Shown: positions 18,041-25,443 of the stretch, in pieces
How the letters are laid out: the number at the start of each line of letters is the position of its first letter
How positions within the stretch are numbered: position 1 is the stretch's first letter
Virus record (IMG/VR): IMGVR_UViG_3300036828_000771
Span: 13,590-77,589 of that record
Source: a virus
DNA: 64,000 nt
Direction: 5' to 3' (one strand)
The notes under the pieces: model-generated
The model's input: the letters and a program-made list of their open reading frames with translations, nothing else
What the model was told of the DNA's origin: nothing
Databases searched by the model: none
Made by a program: the position numbers and the translations under genes

Positions 18041-18216
18041 GGGGAACCAACTTGCCTTCAATGCAGACGGTCTGGCAGAAGACCGCCGCGTGACTCGGTT
18101 TGACCATGGCCTCGTCCAACGACTAGGGGAGGGAAACGAGGCTTAGGCAGCAGTGGCTTGGTGTTCCGGGCTGCCCCCGGGCAACCCTGAAAGCGTCACG
18201 CCCCTCCTGAAGAAGT

Positions 18217-18240
18217 GACCCGGGGCCGTAACCCCGGGCC
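18217..18240 (-). terminator. GC-rich hairpin, possible weak intrinsic terminator
   Basis: GGCCCGGGG-loop-CCCCGGGTC followed by ACTTCTT, just after the DUF932 stop. Confidence 0.45.
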
Positions 18241-18246
18241 GTCGCG

Positions 18247-19335
18247 TTACTGGGCCAGTTCGAGGAGCTTGCCGCCCTCCTTCTCCAGTTCGACGCGGGC
18301 GTCCTGATGGACGATGCCGCGCGCCTTGGCCGTCACTGCCGTGGCCGCATCGAACAGGGTCTCAATCGGGCGACCCTCTTCGAGCTTGTGGACCTCCTGA
18401 AGCTGGGCAGCCATGCCGCGCGAGAAGCGCTTGGCCAGCCACTCATCGACGTTGTCGATGCGCTTTTCCTTGGCGGCCTCGATAGCCTTCACGACGTTCG
18501 TCGCCGAGGAGTTCGCGTAGCTCGTCAGAGCCGGGGCCATCTGCTCCAGCCACTTGTCGGGAGCGCTCACCGTGTGGCGGATGGTGATCTGCTTGTACTC
18601 GGCAGCACCCCACACGATGCGGTTCATGCAGACGTAGTCGAACAGGAAGGTCGCCACGCCGAAGGTCTTGTCGCCGACCTCCGAGTTCCACACGAAGAAC
18701 CCGCGAGCCATCGCGCCGGTCTCGCCGTTGCGGCGATTCGGAATCTCGATGCGGTTCTGCTCGTCGGCGAGGAACACGAACATATCGCGGTCGCCGGCAT
18801 AGAGCGTGGTGTTGGACTTGTTGACCGTCACGGCCTTGCCGAACTCGCCCGGCACCTTGAACCGGCCGGTGACGCCATCGCCCACCGCCTGAATCAGGCC
18901 GCGCACGATGCCAGAGTTCCAGATGCGGCCATAGTTCGGGCCGGTGGCGCAGCGCAGGATGTTGCTGCCGTTCTGCTGGAGCAGGACGCCAACGTCTTCC
19001 ACGTCGCGCTTGTACTGGAGTCCGTAGTTGATGCAGTCGGCGGCCAGAGGGGCCGGCAACGTGCGGAGGTAGCCGCCCGGCGACTTCGCGAGGCTCGCGA
19101 GTTGGCCGAAGGCGTGGTTGGTGGGAGCGTAGGCGTGCCCGTTGGGGCCGACTACCATGAGCGCCTTGCTGTCGCTCGGGACAGGCTGCAACTCGATCTT
19201 GCGGCTCGACACCGTCAGGGCGCGAGACTGCTCACGGACCCGGTCGAAATGCTCCTGCATCTCGGGAAGGGACGTAAACCGCTCGTCATCCGGTCGGCTC
19301 GACCACTGGTGGCTGGCTTGCATTAACGTAGACAA
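18247..19335 (-). CDS. DUF932-like phage/plasmid protein
   Basis: QWSSRPDDERF, LYAGDRDMFVFL, RGFFVWNSEVG, DYVCMNRIVWG and IRH motifs. Confidence 0.75.
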   Translation of the reverse strand: MSTLMQASHQWSSRPDDERFTSLPEMQEHFDRVREQSRALTVSSRKIELQPVPSDSKALMVVGPNGHAYAPTNHAFGQLASLAKSPGGYLRTLPAPLAADCINYGLQYKRDVEDVGVLLQQNGSNILRCATGPNYGRIWNSGIVRGLIQAVGDGVTGRFKVPGEFGKAVTVNKSNTTLYAGDRDMFVFLADEQNRIEIPNRRNGETGAMARGFFVWNSEVGDKTFGVATFLFDYVCMNRIVWGAAEYKQITIRHTVSAPDKWLEQMAPALTSYANSSATNVVKAIEAAKEKRIDNVDEWLAKRFSRGMAAQLQEVHKLEEGRPIETLFDAATAVTAKARGIVHQDARVELEKEGGKLLELAQ

Positions 19336-19372
19336 CTGATCTTCTCCTTGGTGGGCGGAAATGCCCGTTTCG

Positions 19373-19425
19373 ATGTCCTCTATTTAGGGTGTCCACGTCC
19401 TGATTGCAAGCCCTAATTTTAGGGC
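19373..19425 (-). promoter_or_regulatory. Leftward promoter with two operators
   Basis: Minus strand TTGCAA-N17-TAAATA; palindromes at 19375-19390 and 19410-19425. Confidence 0.7.
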
Positions 19426-19440
19426 CGGTTTTACGGGGTT

Positions 19441-19860
19441 TCACTCGCCTCGCAGGTCGACCGACGCGGGTTCCTGTTGCGGCTCCTCGTCGTCGAGCGC
19501 CGACTGGAACGACTGGCCGATGTATTCCTTGATGAAGTTGCGGTCGCGCCCGGAGACCGAAAGATGGAAGCAAAACGCCAGACTGGGCAGCACCGTCACG
19601 GTGTGCTCGGTCCAGCCGTCGTACATGCCGTTCTCGTCCATGTGATGGAACGAGGTCGTGAAGACGAGCTTGTCCCCATTGGACTTGTCGAGATCGATCT
19701 TGGTGCCGGCGTCGAAGCCTCCGCCGCTCGGCAGGTGATCGCGCACCAGCTTGAGCAGCCGCTCCTCGTGGCGCTCTCGCCATTCCGCCTTGTCGGTATC
19801 GATGCAGGCCTTGCGGGCCATCACCAGACTGGCCAACGCTTGGTAAAGTTTCCTTCTCAT
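19441..19860 (-). CDS. Hypothetical phage protein
   Basis: HLPSGGGFD...FHHMDENGMYDGW. Confidence 0.65.
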   Translation of the reverse strand: MRRKLYQALASLVMARKACIDTDKAEWRERHEERLLKLVRDHLPSGGGFDAGTKIDLDKSNGDKLVFTTSFHHMDENGMYDGWTEHTVTVLPSLAFCFHLSVSGRDRNFIKEYIGQSFQSALDDEEPQQEPASVDLRGE

Positions 19861-20138
19861 GGTGTCGCCTCATCCTCGGCATAGGCCGATTCGATGCGCT
19901 GGCCTGTGTCGGAACAGAACAGCGCCGGGTCCTCCCAGTTGATGTCGACGCCGGCCGGCAGCCAGCCGTCGTTGTCGTGGTCGCGGATCGATTCGAGGAT
20001 CAGCCGGCGGTTCGTCTTCGCTGACTCGAAGCTCAGCGCCTCGCCGTCAGCCATCACGAAGTAGCGCGGGTAGCCACCGGGCCACGCCCATTTGCCGTAG
20101 CGCATGTCGCGCCGGAAGTCGGAGATGGTGTAGGTCAT
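19857..20138 (-). CDS. Hypothetical phage protein
   Basis: WAWPGGYP...DGEALS...INWED...RIESAY; ATGA overlaps on both sides. Confidence 0.65.
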   Translation of the reverse strand: MTYTISDFRRDMRYGKWAWPGGYPRYFVMADGEALSFESAKTNRRLILESIRDHDNDGWLPAGVDINWEDPALFCSDTGQRIESAYAEDEATP

Positions 20139-20419
20139 GCGTCCCTCCGGGCCGTCCGGGCATCGACCTGAGCGCTGATGTTCAGGGCGATAGCCAGAAG
20201 CTCGCTGCGCACTTTCTCCAGCGCGGCGATGCGCGCGGCGTGCTGGGCGAAGGCCGTCGAGGCGGCCTCGCTGCTGATCGGGTAGTAGTCCCGACCGTGG
20301 CAGGTGATGGCCTTCGTGAAGTCGATGGCCGTCTGGACGGCATCCATGGCGAGCATGTATTCGGCCAGCAGTTGCGGACCATGGGTGCCGTTCAGGTTGA
20401 TGCGGGGGAATTGGGTCAT
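20135..20419 (-). CDS. Hypothetical phage protein
   Basis: PRINLNGT...HGRDYYP. Confidence 0.6.
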   Translation of the reverse strand: MTQFPRINLNGTHGPQLLAEYMLAMDAVQTAIDFTKAITCHGRDYYPISSEAASTAFAQHAARIAALEKVRSELLAIALNISAQVDARTARRDA

Positions 20420-20422
20420 GGC

Positions 20423-21046
20423 TTAGACCTCGCCCGGATCGGCGTTGATCGCTTCGTCGCGCGCGTCGGAGAGCTTCGACTCGTACTCTTCGTCGGCTTC
20501 GCGCTGGCGCTCGGCGCAGTCGCTCTGGTAGTCCTCCCACAGGAGGTACGCCCATTCGATCAGGTCGCCCAGTTCGGCCGGCTGCGGCGTCGCATCGTTG
20601 TCGAGGAACTCCTCAAACGCCGGATGCTCCGCTTCCTCGCGCGTGACTTCATCGAGGTTCTCGATGTCGCTCGCCCATGATTCGCAGTTGTCGATGCGCT
20701 CCTGCAACATCTCGCCGGTCGCGCCCTGCTGGAGTCCTTCCGGCATATTGTCCAGCGACGACTGGCACTCCTCGCCAAGCTCGCGGATGCGGCCGGCGAT
20801 GTCCTGAAGCGAGTCGCTCAAGGTTTCGTCGAGCGCCAGTTCGGCGATCTCCTCTTGGAAGCCGCGCCACTGCGACTTGAAGTTTGAACGCGTCAATTGG
20901 CTGGGCTTGGGGTACGTCTTGCTGACGACCTTGGTCCCCGGGCCAGTCTGATTCTTGAACGTCCACCAGAAATAGCTGTCGCCCGGCACGACGCCGATGC
21001 TCGGTATGGCCTTGCGGGCCTTCTCGACTTTGTTGACTCTCGGCAT
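20423..21046 (-). CDS. Early protein with basic N-terminus and very acidic helical C-terminus
   Basis: First gene after a regulated promoter; RBS AGGA; SLDNMPEGLQ motif. Confidence 0.65.
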   Translation of the reverse strand: MPRVNKVEKARKAIPSIGVVPGDSYFWWTFKNQTGPGTKVVSKTYPKPSQLTRSNFKSQWRGFQEEIAELALDETLSDSLQDIAGRIRELGEECQSSLDNMPEGLQQGATGEMLQERIDNCESWASDIENLDEVTREEAEHPAFEEFLDNDATPQPAELGDLIEWAYLLWEDYQSDCAERQREADEEYESKLSDARDEAINADPGEV

Positions 21047-21070
21047 TGATGAAAATTCCTGTTTCCTTTG

Positions 21071-21113
21071 CTGCCCTAGATGTAGGACATGCAATGTCCT
21101 AAATCAAGCCCTG
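21071..21113 (-). promoter_or_regulatory. Leftward promoter with tandem operators over -10 and -35
   Basis: Minus strand TTGATT-N17-TACATC; palindromes at 21073-21088 and 21096-21111. Confidence 0.7.
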
Positions 21114-21262
21114 CAACCGTTCTAGGGTGCCGAGGTAGTTAGCGGGCCTGAAGCCGCCGCGATCAATCCACACCGCGAGATCGAGCAAGCCTAGCGTCGC
21201 TTCCTCGAAGTCGCGGTCGGAGATCGCTCGCTCGATGCGCTCCATGCAGGCGTTGGGGTCCA

Positions 21263-21877
21263 TTACTTCCACCTCTTGAGCCAGCTAGGGCCGAACTGGT
21301 TGCGGACTTGCCGCAGCAGGTGGCCGTTCGGCTCGCGCGCGTCGGCACCGTTCATCCAGCAGGTGATCAGGTGCTCTTTCCAGCCGCCACTTTTGGTCGC
21401 GTATTTGACGGCGAAGGCCTGCACGGCTTGAAGCTGCTCCGGGGTCGGGGTCTGGCTCAGGTCGGTGTCGTTGGCGTTCACGATCATCGCCATGGAGTAG
21501 TTGCCGAACGGCTTGAACTGCTCGACGCCCTCGTAGACGTACAGCCGGCGCTTGACGATCTTGCCATCCACCTCGGTGGTGATGGTCTTGTCCGTGCGGG
21601 CCTTGATCGGGAAGTGCGCGAAAAGCTGACTGTCGCCAGTGAAGCTGTCGCTGTAGGTCTTGCCGACCTCGAAGCGTTTGACGGTCGGCGGGTTCACCAT
21701 TTCTTCCGGCGCATTGATGCCGTAGCCGCCGCGATGCACCTTGTCCGGGTCGACCTTCTCGCGCTCGGCGATCCAGTCCTCGGCTTGCTTCACGGTGTCG
21801 ACGCGGGCGACGACCACCAGCCGGTCGCCCGGTTTGGTCGCGCTCTCTTCGTCGGTGATAGTCACTTGCTTGCGCAT
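21263..21877 (-). CDS. Hypothetical composite protein
   Basis: RBS GAAAGGA; three apparent small domains. Confidence 0.6.
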   Translation of the reverse strand: MRKQVTITDEESATKPGDRLVVVARVDTVKQAEDWIAEREKVDPDKVHRGGYGINAPEEMVNPPTVKRFEVGKTYSDSFTGDSQLFAHFPIKARTDKTITTEVDGKIVKRRLYVYEGVEQFKPFGNYSMAMIVNANDTDLSQTPTPEQLQAVQAFAVKYATKSGGWKEHLITCWMNGADAREPNGHLLRQVRNQFGPSWLKRWK

Positions 21878-21884
21878 GTCATTG

Positions 21885-21940
21885 TCCTTTCGACGCCTCG
21901 ACCCCGCACCGGGTTCTCAGGCCCGGGCGGGGTTGGCTTC
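21885..21940 (-). repeat. Bulged leader hairpin, copy 2
   Basis: GACCCCGC-a-CCGGG-loop-CCCGG-GCGGGGTT adjoining the RBS. Confidence 0.75.
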
Positions 21941-22012
21941 AGATGTGGATCACTGCGTCGAGCAGGATCATCAGCAGGGTGAGGACGAGCGCGGCCATCA
22001 GCATGGGACTCC

Positions 22013-22216
22013 TTACTGCCGGATCGTCTCGACGAAGGTGGCGATACGGTCGCCCAGCACTTCGTCGGTGACGCCCTCGGCGATGGCCTTGTGGCCCTCG
22101 CGGAAGACCTTGCCGATGTCCATCACACTGATCTGGACACCGCAGCAGCGGGTTCTGTAGGCCTCCTCGATTCGCAGGTCGTCGCGCTTGGCCTGAGCCT
22201 TGGTCGGTTTACGCAT
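22013..22216 (-). CDS. Hypothetical protein
   Basis: RBS GAGGAG; coupled to the upstream ORF. Confidence 0.6.
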   Translation of the reverse strand: MRKPTKAQAKRDDLRIEEAYRTRCCGVQISVMDIGKVFREGHKAIAEGVTDEVLGDRIATFVETIRQ

Positions 22217-22415
22217 TGGCCGACTCCTCGTTGAACTTGCGACCCGTGCCTTCCCAGTAGGTCGCCGTCACTTGGAAACCCTCGCTCTCGGGGAACCGAT
22301 GGCGGATCGAGGCGAGCACGTCCAAGACGTGAGCGCGGTCGGTGCCGCTGCGGGGCGCGGTAGCGAAAAAGTGTCGGCCGTTCAGGCTGACGTTGATCTC
22401 GACGTGGCTTTGCAT
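22209..22415 (-). CDS. Hypothetical protein
   Basis: EINVSLNGRHFFAT...RFPESEGF; RBS GAAAGGA. Confidence 0.65.
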   Translation of the reverse strand: MQSHVEINVSLNGRHFFATAPRSGTDRAHVLDVLASIRHRFPESEGFQVTATYWEGTGRKFNEESANA

Positions 22416-22422
22416 GGTGTAG

Positions 22423-22472
22423 TCCTTTCGACTCCTCGACCCCGCTCACGGGTCCTAGCCGTGGCGGGGTTG
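22423..22472 (-). repeat. Bulged leader hairpin, copy 3
   Basis: GACCCCGC-t-CACGG-loop-CCGTG-GCGGGGTT adjoining the RBS. Confidence 0.75.
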
Positions 22473-22478
22473 TTGGGG

Positions 22479-22676
22479 TTACTGCGCGTCGACCTGAGCC
22501 TGAAGCTCCTCGACCTTGGCCTCGGCTTCCTGCCAGAGCATCACGATGCTCGACAGGCTGGGCCGGTGGCCGGTCTCGGTCTTGTACCGGGCGATGAAGT
22601 CGAACGCGGCTTGCGCCTTGCTGACCTGCGAGACCACGTTGAAGGCCTCGACCGCTGCCACGATTTTGTCGTTCAC
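22479..22676 (-). CDS. Hypothetical protein
   Basis: RBS GAAAGGA then GTG 22676; start uncertain. Confidence 0.5.
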   Translation of the reverse strand: MNDKIVAAVEAFNVVSQVSKAQAAFDFIARYKTETGHRPSLSSIVMLWQEAEAKVEELQAQVDAQ

Positions 22677-22706
22677 TTGATTGACCATCCTTTCGTTGTT
22701 GCTACT

Positions 22707-22756
22707 GACTCCTTGACCCCGCTCAGCGGTGTCATGCGCTGGCGGGGTTGAGGGTC
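22707..22756 (-). repeat. Bulged leader hairpin, copy 4
   Basis: GACCCCGC-t-CAGCG-loop-CGCTG-GCGGGGTT. Confidence 0.75.
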
Positions 22757-22905
22757 GGACAGGAGAGGCTGGAGCAGGCGGGGCTTTTCGCGTTTCCAAA
22801 TGTTAAGGCGAAGTAGCCGGTCGGCTTTTCTCCTGATCTCTCACTGGGAGGGACCGTGCCGGGGTCGCCGGCCGCTTCGTCCCTCCCCACTAAGATGGGG
22901 ATGGC

Positions 22906-22972
22906 ATGCCCTAAATCAAGGGCATGTGGATAACCTTTCCTGCCGTTTGCACATGCCCTGCATTTAGGGCAC
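22906..22972. promoter_or_regulatory. Two operator palindromes flanking a DnaA-box match
   Basis: GCCCTAAATCAAGGGC 22908-22923, GCCCTGCATTTAGGGC 22955-22970, TGTGGATAA 22925-22933. Confidence 0.6.
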
Positions 22973-23489
22973 GGGCCAGCCCGCGCTCCCGGGCACGTAG
23001 CTTGCGCAGCGCCGTCGCTGCGCGCTTGGCCTTGGTCTCCCAGCGCTTGATGGATGCCCGGGTGGCGTCGAGCTTGGCCGAGCGGGCCTCGACCGGGCTG
23101 GGCTTGGGCGGCGCAGCCTTGACCGGCTTGGGCAGGTGCCAGCCCTTGGCCAGCACATGCTGAATCATCTCCAGTTCGAGGGCGGCGTGCCGGGCGCTGT
23201 GCGCCTTGAACCACCTCTTGCCGTGCCGCCGCTCGAACACCCAATGCGAGGCGTCGTGCACCATGCGCGGCAGACCGTTGCCTCGGGCGTACTGGGTGTC
23301 GGTGCCCTTCGGCGCAGCCCACGCGCGGTTCACGCGGTGACTCCACCATGGCCCTCGCAGGTGCTTGCCGCCGAATTTCTTCAGCAGCTTGTCGAAGATC
23401 GGCTTGGCCTCGGCGGCGGTGACGGGAGGCAACTTGACGTTGCCCCACGCATCGTTCACGTCGCTGTAGGAGGTGAGCGATTCCATCAC
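22911..23489 (-). CDS. Hypothetical basic protein (HDxxH, SprT-like?)
   Basis: MVHDASHW...AHSARH; C-terminal coiled coil. Confidence 0.55.
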   Translation of the reverse strand: MMESLTSYSDVNDAWGNVKLPPVTAAEAKPIFDKLLKKFGGKHLRGPWWSHRVNRAWAAPKGTDTQYARGNGLPRMVHDASHWVFERRHGKRWFKAHSARHAALELEMIQHVLAKGWHLPKPVKAAPPKPSPVEARSAKLDATRASIKRWETKAKRAATALRKLRARERGLARALNAGHVQTAGKVIHMPLI

Positions 23490-23818
23490 GACACCTTCCT
23501 GCCCTTGGCGATCAGCAGTCGCCAGTCGGCCATGCTGATCGTGACCTCATGCGTGCCGTCGCGGATGTGCATCTTGGCCGAGCCGTCTTCGGCTTCCGCC
23601 GCCCACACGAGGCGCTTGCCTGAGCCGAGCTTGGCCAGAGCGCTGGCCTTGGTGTTCGTGATGAACACTTCCCACCGCTCGGCATCGGCCCATCGCTCGC
23701 CTTCCGGCCGTGCGGCCTTCGGGAGCTTCTTCCATCTCCGCTCCTTCACCTTCTTCGCTGGCCCGCTGCGGATCAGGAAGGTGGGGATCGTGAGATCGTC
23801 GTTCGATTGAAATAGCAA
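23486..23818 (-). CDS. Hypothetical protein
   Basis: DDLTIPTFLIR N-terminal motif; RBS GGAG. Confidence 0.55.
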   Translation of the reverse strand: MLFQSNDDLTIPTFLIRSGPAKKVKERRWKKLPKAARPEGERWADAERWEVFITNTKASALAKLGSGKRLVWAAEAEDGSAKMHIRDGTHEVTISMADWRLLIAKGRKVS

Positions 23819-23836
23819 CTTAGACTCCGTTTGTTG

Positions 23837-23911
23837 ATGTCCACATTATAGGGCATGTCAACAACAAAGTCCATCCGCTGCATTTTGTGGTGTGTCCTAA
23901 TTTAAGGGCAC
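23837..23911 (-). promoter_or_regulatory. Leftward promoter with two operators
   Basis: Minus strand TGGACT-N17-TATAAT; palindromes at 23839-23854 and 23894-23909. Confidence 0.7.
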
Positions 23912-24127
23912 TATCGTTGGGATGACTTGGAGTTCCTGCTCGAACTCGCGCAGCTTCTCCTCGTCATCGGTCTGCGGCTGCAACGCCATCACGAACACCA
24001 CACAGGCAATGCCGCTGTCGGTCATGCCGTGCCAGATGCGACATGGGGTGAACTCCATGCCCTCATCAACGAGCAGGCTCGTCGGAATCTCAACGAAGTC
24101 TTCGGTCGATTCGATTACGATCTTCAT
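23897..24127 (-). CDS. Hypothetical acidic protein
   Basis: RBS GAGG; MKIVIEST...CRIWHG. Confidence 0.55.
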   Translation of the reverse strand: MKIVIESTEDFVEIPTSLLVDEGMEFTPCRIWHGMTDSGIACVVFVMALQPQTDDEEKLREFEQELQVIPTIVPLN

Positions 24128-24153
24128 GATTGCTACCTCTTGGTCGTCATGCG

Positions 24154-24516
24154 TCACACCATGATCTTGGGCGGCAGTGGGATCGTCGCACGATGGGGTC
24201 GCCAGATGTGCAAGACATTCGGGTGGATGTTGATGTGATCGTCGACCGGCACATGGAGTTGCATCGCCACTTCGGTCGGCTTGAAGAACATCCGCTTGAC
24301 GTACTCCATCTCCGCCCACGTCGGCGTGCGACCAGCGACGCTGACGCTGACGTGGTCCCAGCCCTCGCCGTTGCTCGCGATGCAGCGCATGTAGAACAGG
24401 CCACACGGAATCGCGAACGCGCCGCCACGGTCGTTGCCCTTGCCGCCGTACCTCCACGGCTCCGGGCAGTCTTTCAACGGCACCCGGTACTGTTCGAGTT
24501 CGCTGAGCTTCTTCAT
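24154..24516 (-). CDS. Conserved phage hypothetical protein
   Basis: GWDHVSVS...RTPTWAEM..VKRMFF...HINIHPNVLHIW. Confidence 0.7.
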   Translation of the reverse strand: MKKLSELEQYRVPLKDCPEPWRYGGKGNDRGGAFAIPCGLFYMRCIASNGEGWDHVSVSVAGRTPTWAEMEYVKRMFFKPTEVAMQLHVPVDDHINIHPNVLHIWRPHRATIPLPPKIMV

Positions 24517-24709
24517 TGCTTGGGCTCGAACTGTGACGGTGCCGGTGCATTCGCTCGTCTTTCCCCGGCCGCCATCCGCAGATATCTCAGGTATCTCAGT
24601 ACCTGCTCGACGGTGATTCCGACCTCAAGGCAGAGCGCCAATTCCTCGGCGATCTCGTCCGCCAGCTTTTCCGGCTCTGTGATAGGCTCGCTCATTGGAG
24701 GACTCCATC

Positions 24710-25156
24710 ATGCCAACCGAAATGCTCAGTCCCCATTTCGCCCTCAGCGAGTTCACGATCAGCGAGACCGCAGGCCGTCACGGTCTCGACAATACGCCGC
24801 CGCCCGAGATCGTCGAGGAACTGCGCAAGATGGCGGCGCTGATGGAGAGGGTGCGCACCTTGCTCGGCGACAAGCCGATCCAGATCACCAGCGGCTACCG
24901 TGCGCCTGCGGTCAACGCTGCGGTCGGCTCCAGTGCGTTCTCGCACCACTGCAAGGGACAGGCCGTCGATTTCATCTGCCCGGGATTCGGGACGCCGCGT
25001 GAGATCGCCGAGGCGTTGCTGCCGCACCTGCACACCCTCGAAATCGATCAACTGATCTGGGAGTTCGGATCGTGGGTCCATCTCAGCCACCATGACACGC
25101 CCCGCAAGATGGCGCTGACGATTGATCATGGTGGCACCCGGTCAGGGATCGGCTGA
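24710..25156 (+). CDS. Endolysin, peptidase M15 (Zn D-Ala-D-Ala/L-Ala-D-Glu peptidase fold)
   Basis: LSPHFALSEF, ITSGYR..VN.AVG..SHH..G.AVD and WVHLS motifs; RBS GGAGGA. Confidence 0.85.
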   Translation: MPTEMLSPHFALSEFTISETAGRHGLDNTPPPEIVEELRKMAALMERVRTLLGDKPIQITSGYRAPAVNAAVGSSAFSHHCKGQAVDFICPGFGTPREIAEALLPHLHTLEIDQLIWEFGSWVHLSHHDTPRKMALTIDHGGTRSGIG

Positions 25157-25158
25157 CT

Positions 25159-25443
25159 TCACGGCTCGACCGGCTGCTCTCCTTCATCCAGTTCTGGCGG
25201 TTGGTTCTTGTGCAAGCGCCACACCTCCATGTGCTCGGCGCACACCAGCGCTTCCTTGACCTGAGCCTCGTCGTCGGCAGGCTTTTCGCCCGCGTCGATG
25301 GCCTCCTGCCGGCGGACCGCCCACAGGCGCACGAGATTGGCGGCAGCAGGATCGCGCCCCATCAGCAGGAAGTAGGGCTCGTCCGGTTCGAGGTTGGCGT
25401 AGCAGTCGTAGGGACTCGGCCTTGCCTTGGTTCCCATGGTCAT
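25159..25443 (-). CDS. Conserved phage hypothetical protein
   Basis: DCYANLEPDEPYFLLMGRDPAA motif. Confidence 0.65.
   Translation of the reverse strand: MTMGTKARPSPYDCYANLEPDEPYFLLMGRDPAAANLVRLWAVRRQEAIDAGEKPADDEAQVKEALVCAEHMEVWRLHKNQPPELDEGEQPVEP

Noticed and set aside
18031-18206. tmRNA/tRNA-like RNA (GGGGCG...CGCCCT-ACCA ends, micro-ORF ending AA*)
   Set aside because: No T-arm/TTCRA loop, no G3-U70 pair, too short, and a competing stem; treated as coincidence
21885-22756. Repeat hairpins as CRISPR repeats, integron attC sites or hammerhead ribozymes
   Set aside because: Spacing is gene-sized with no cas or integrase; no RYYYAAC/GTTRRRY boxes in the required arrangement; no CUGAUGA core at a three-way junction
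22925-22933. DnaA-dependent origin from a perfect DnaA box
   Set aside because: Single box, inside an ORF 3' end, with no AT-rich unwinding element; could be chance
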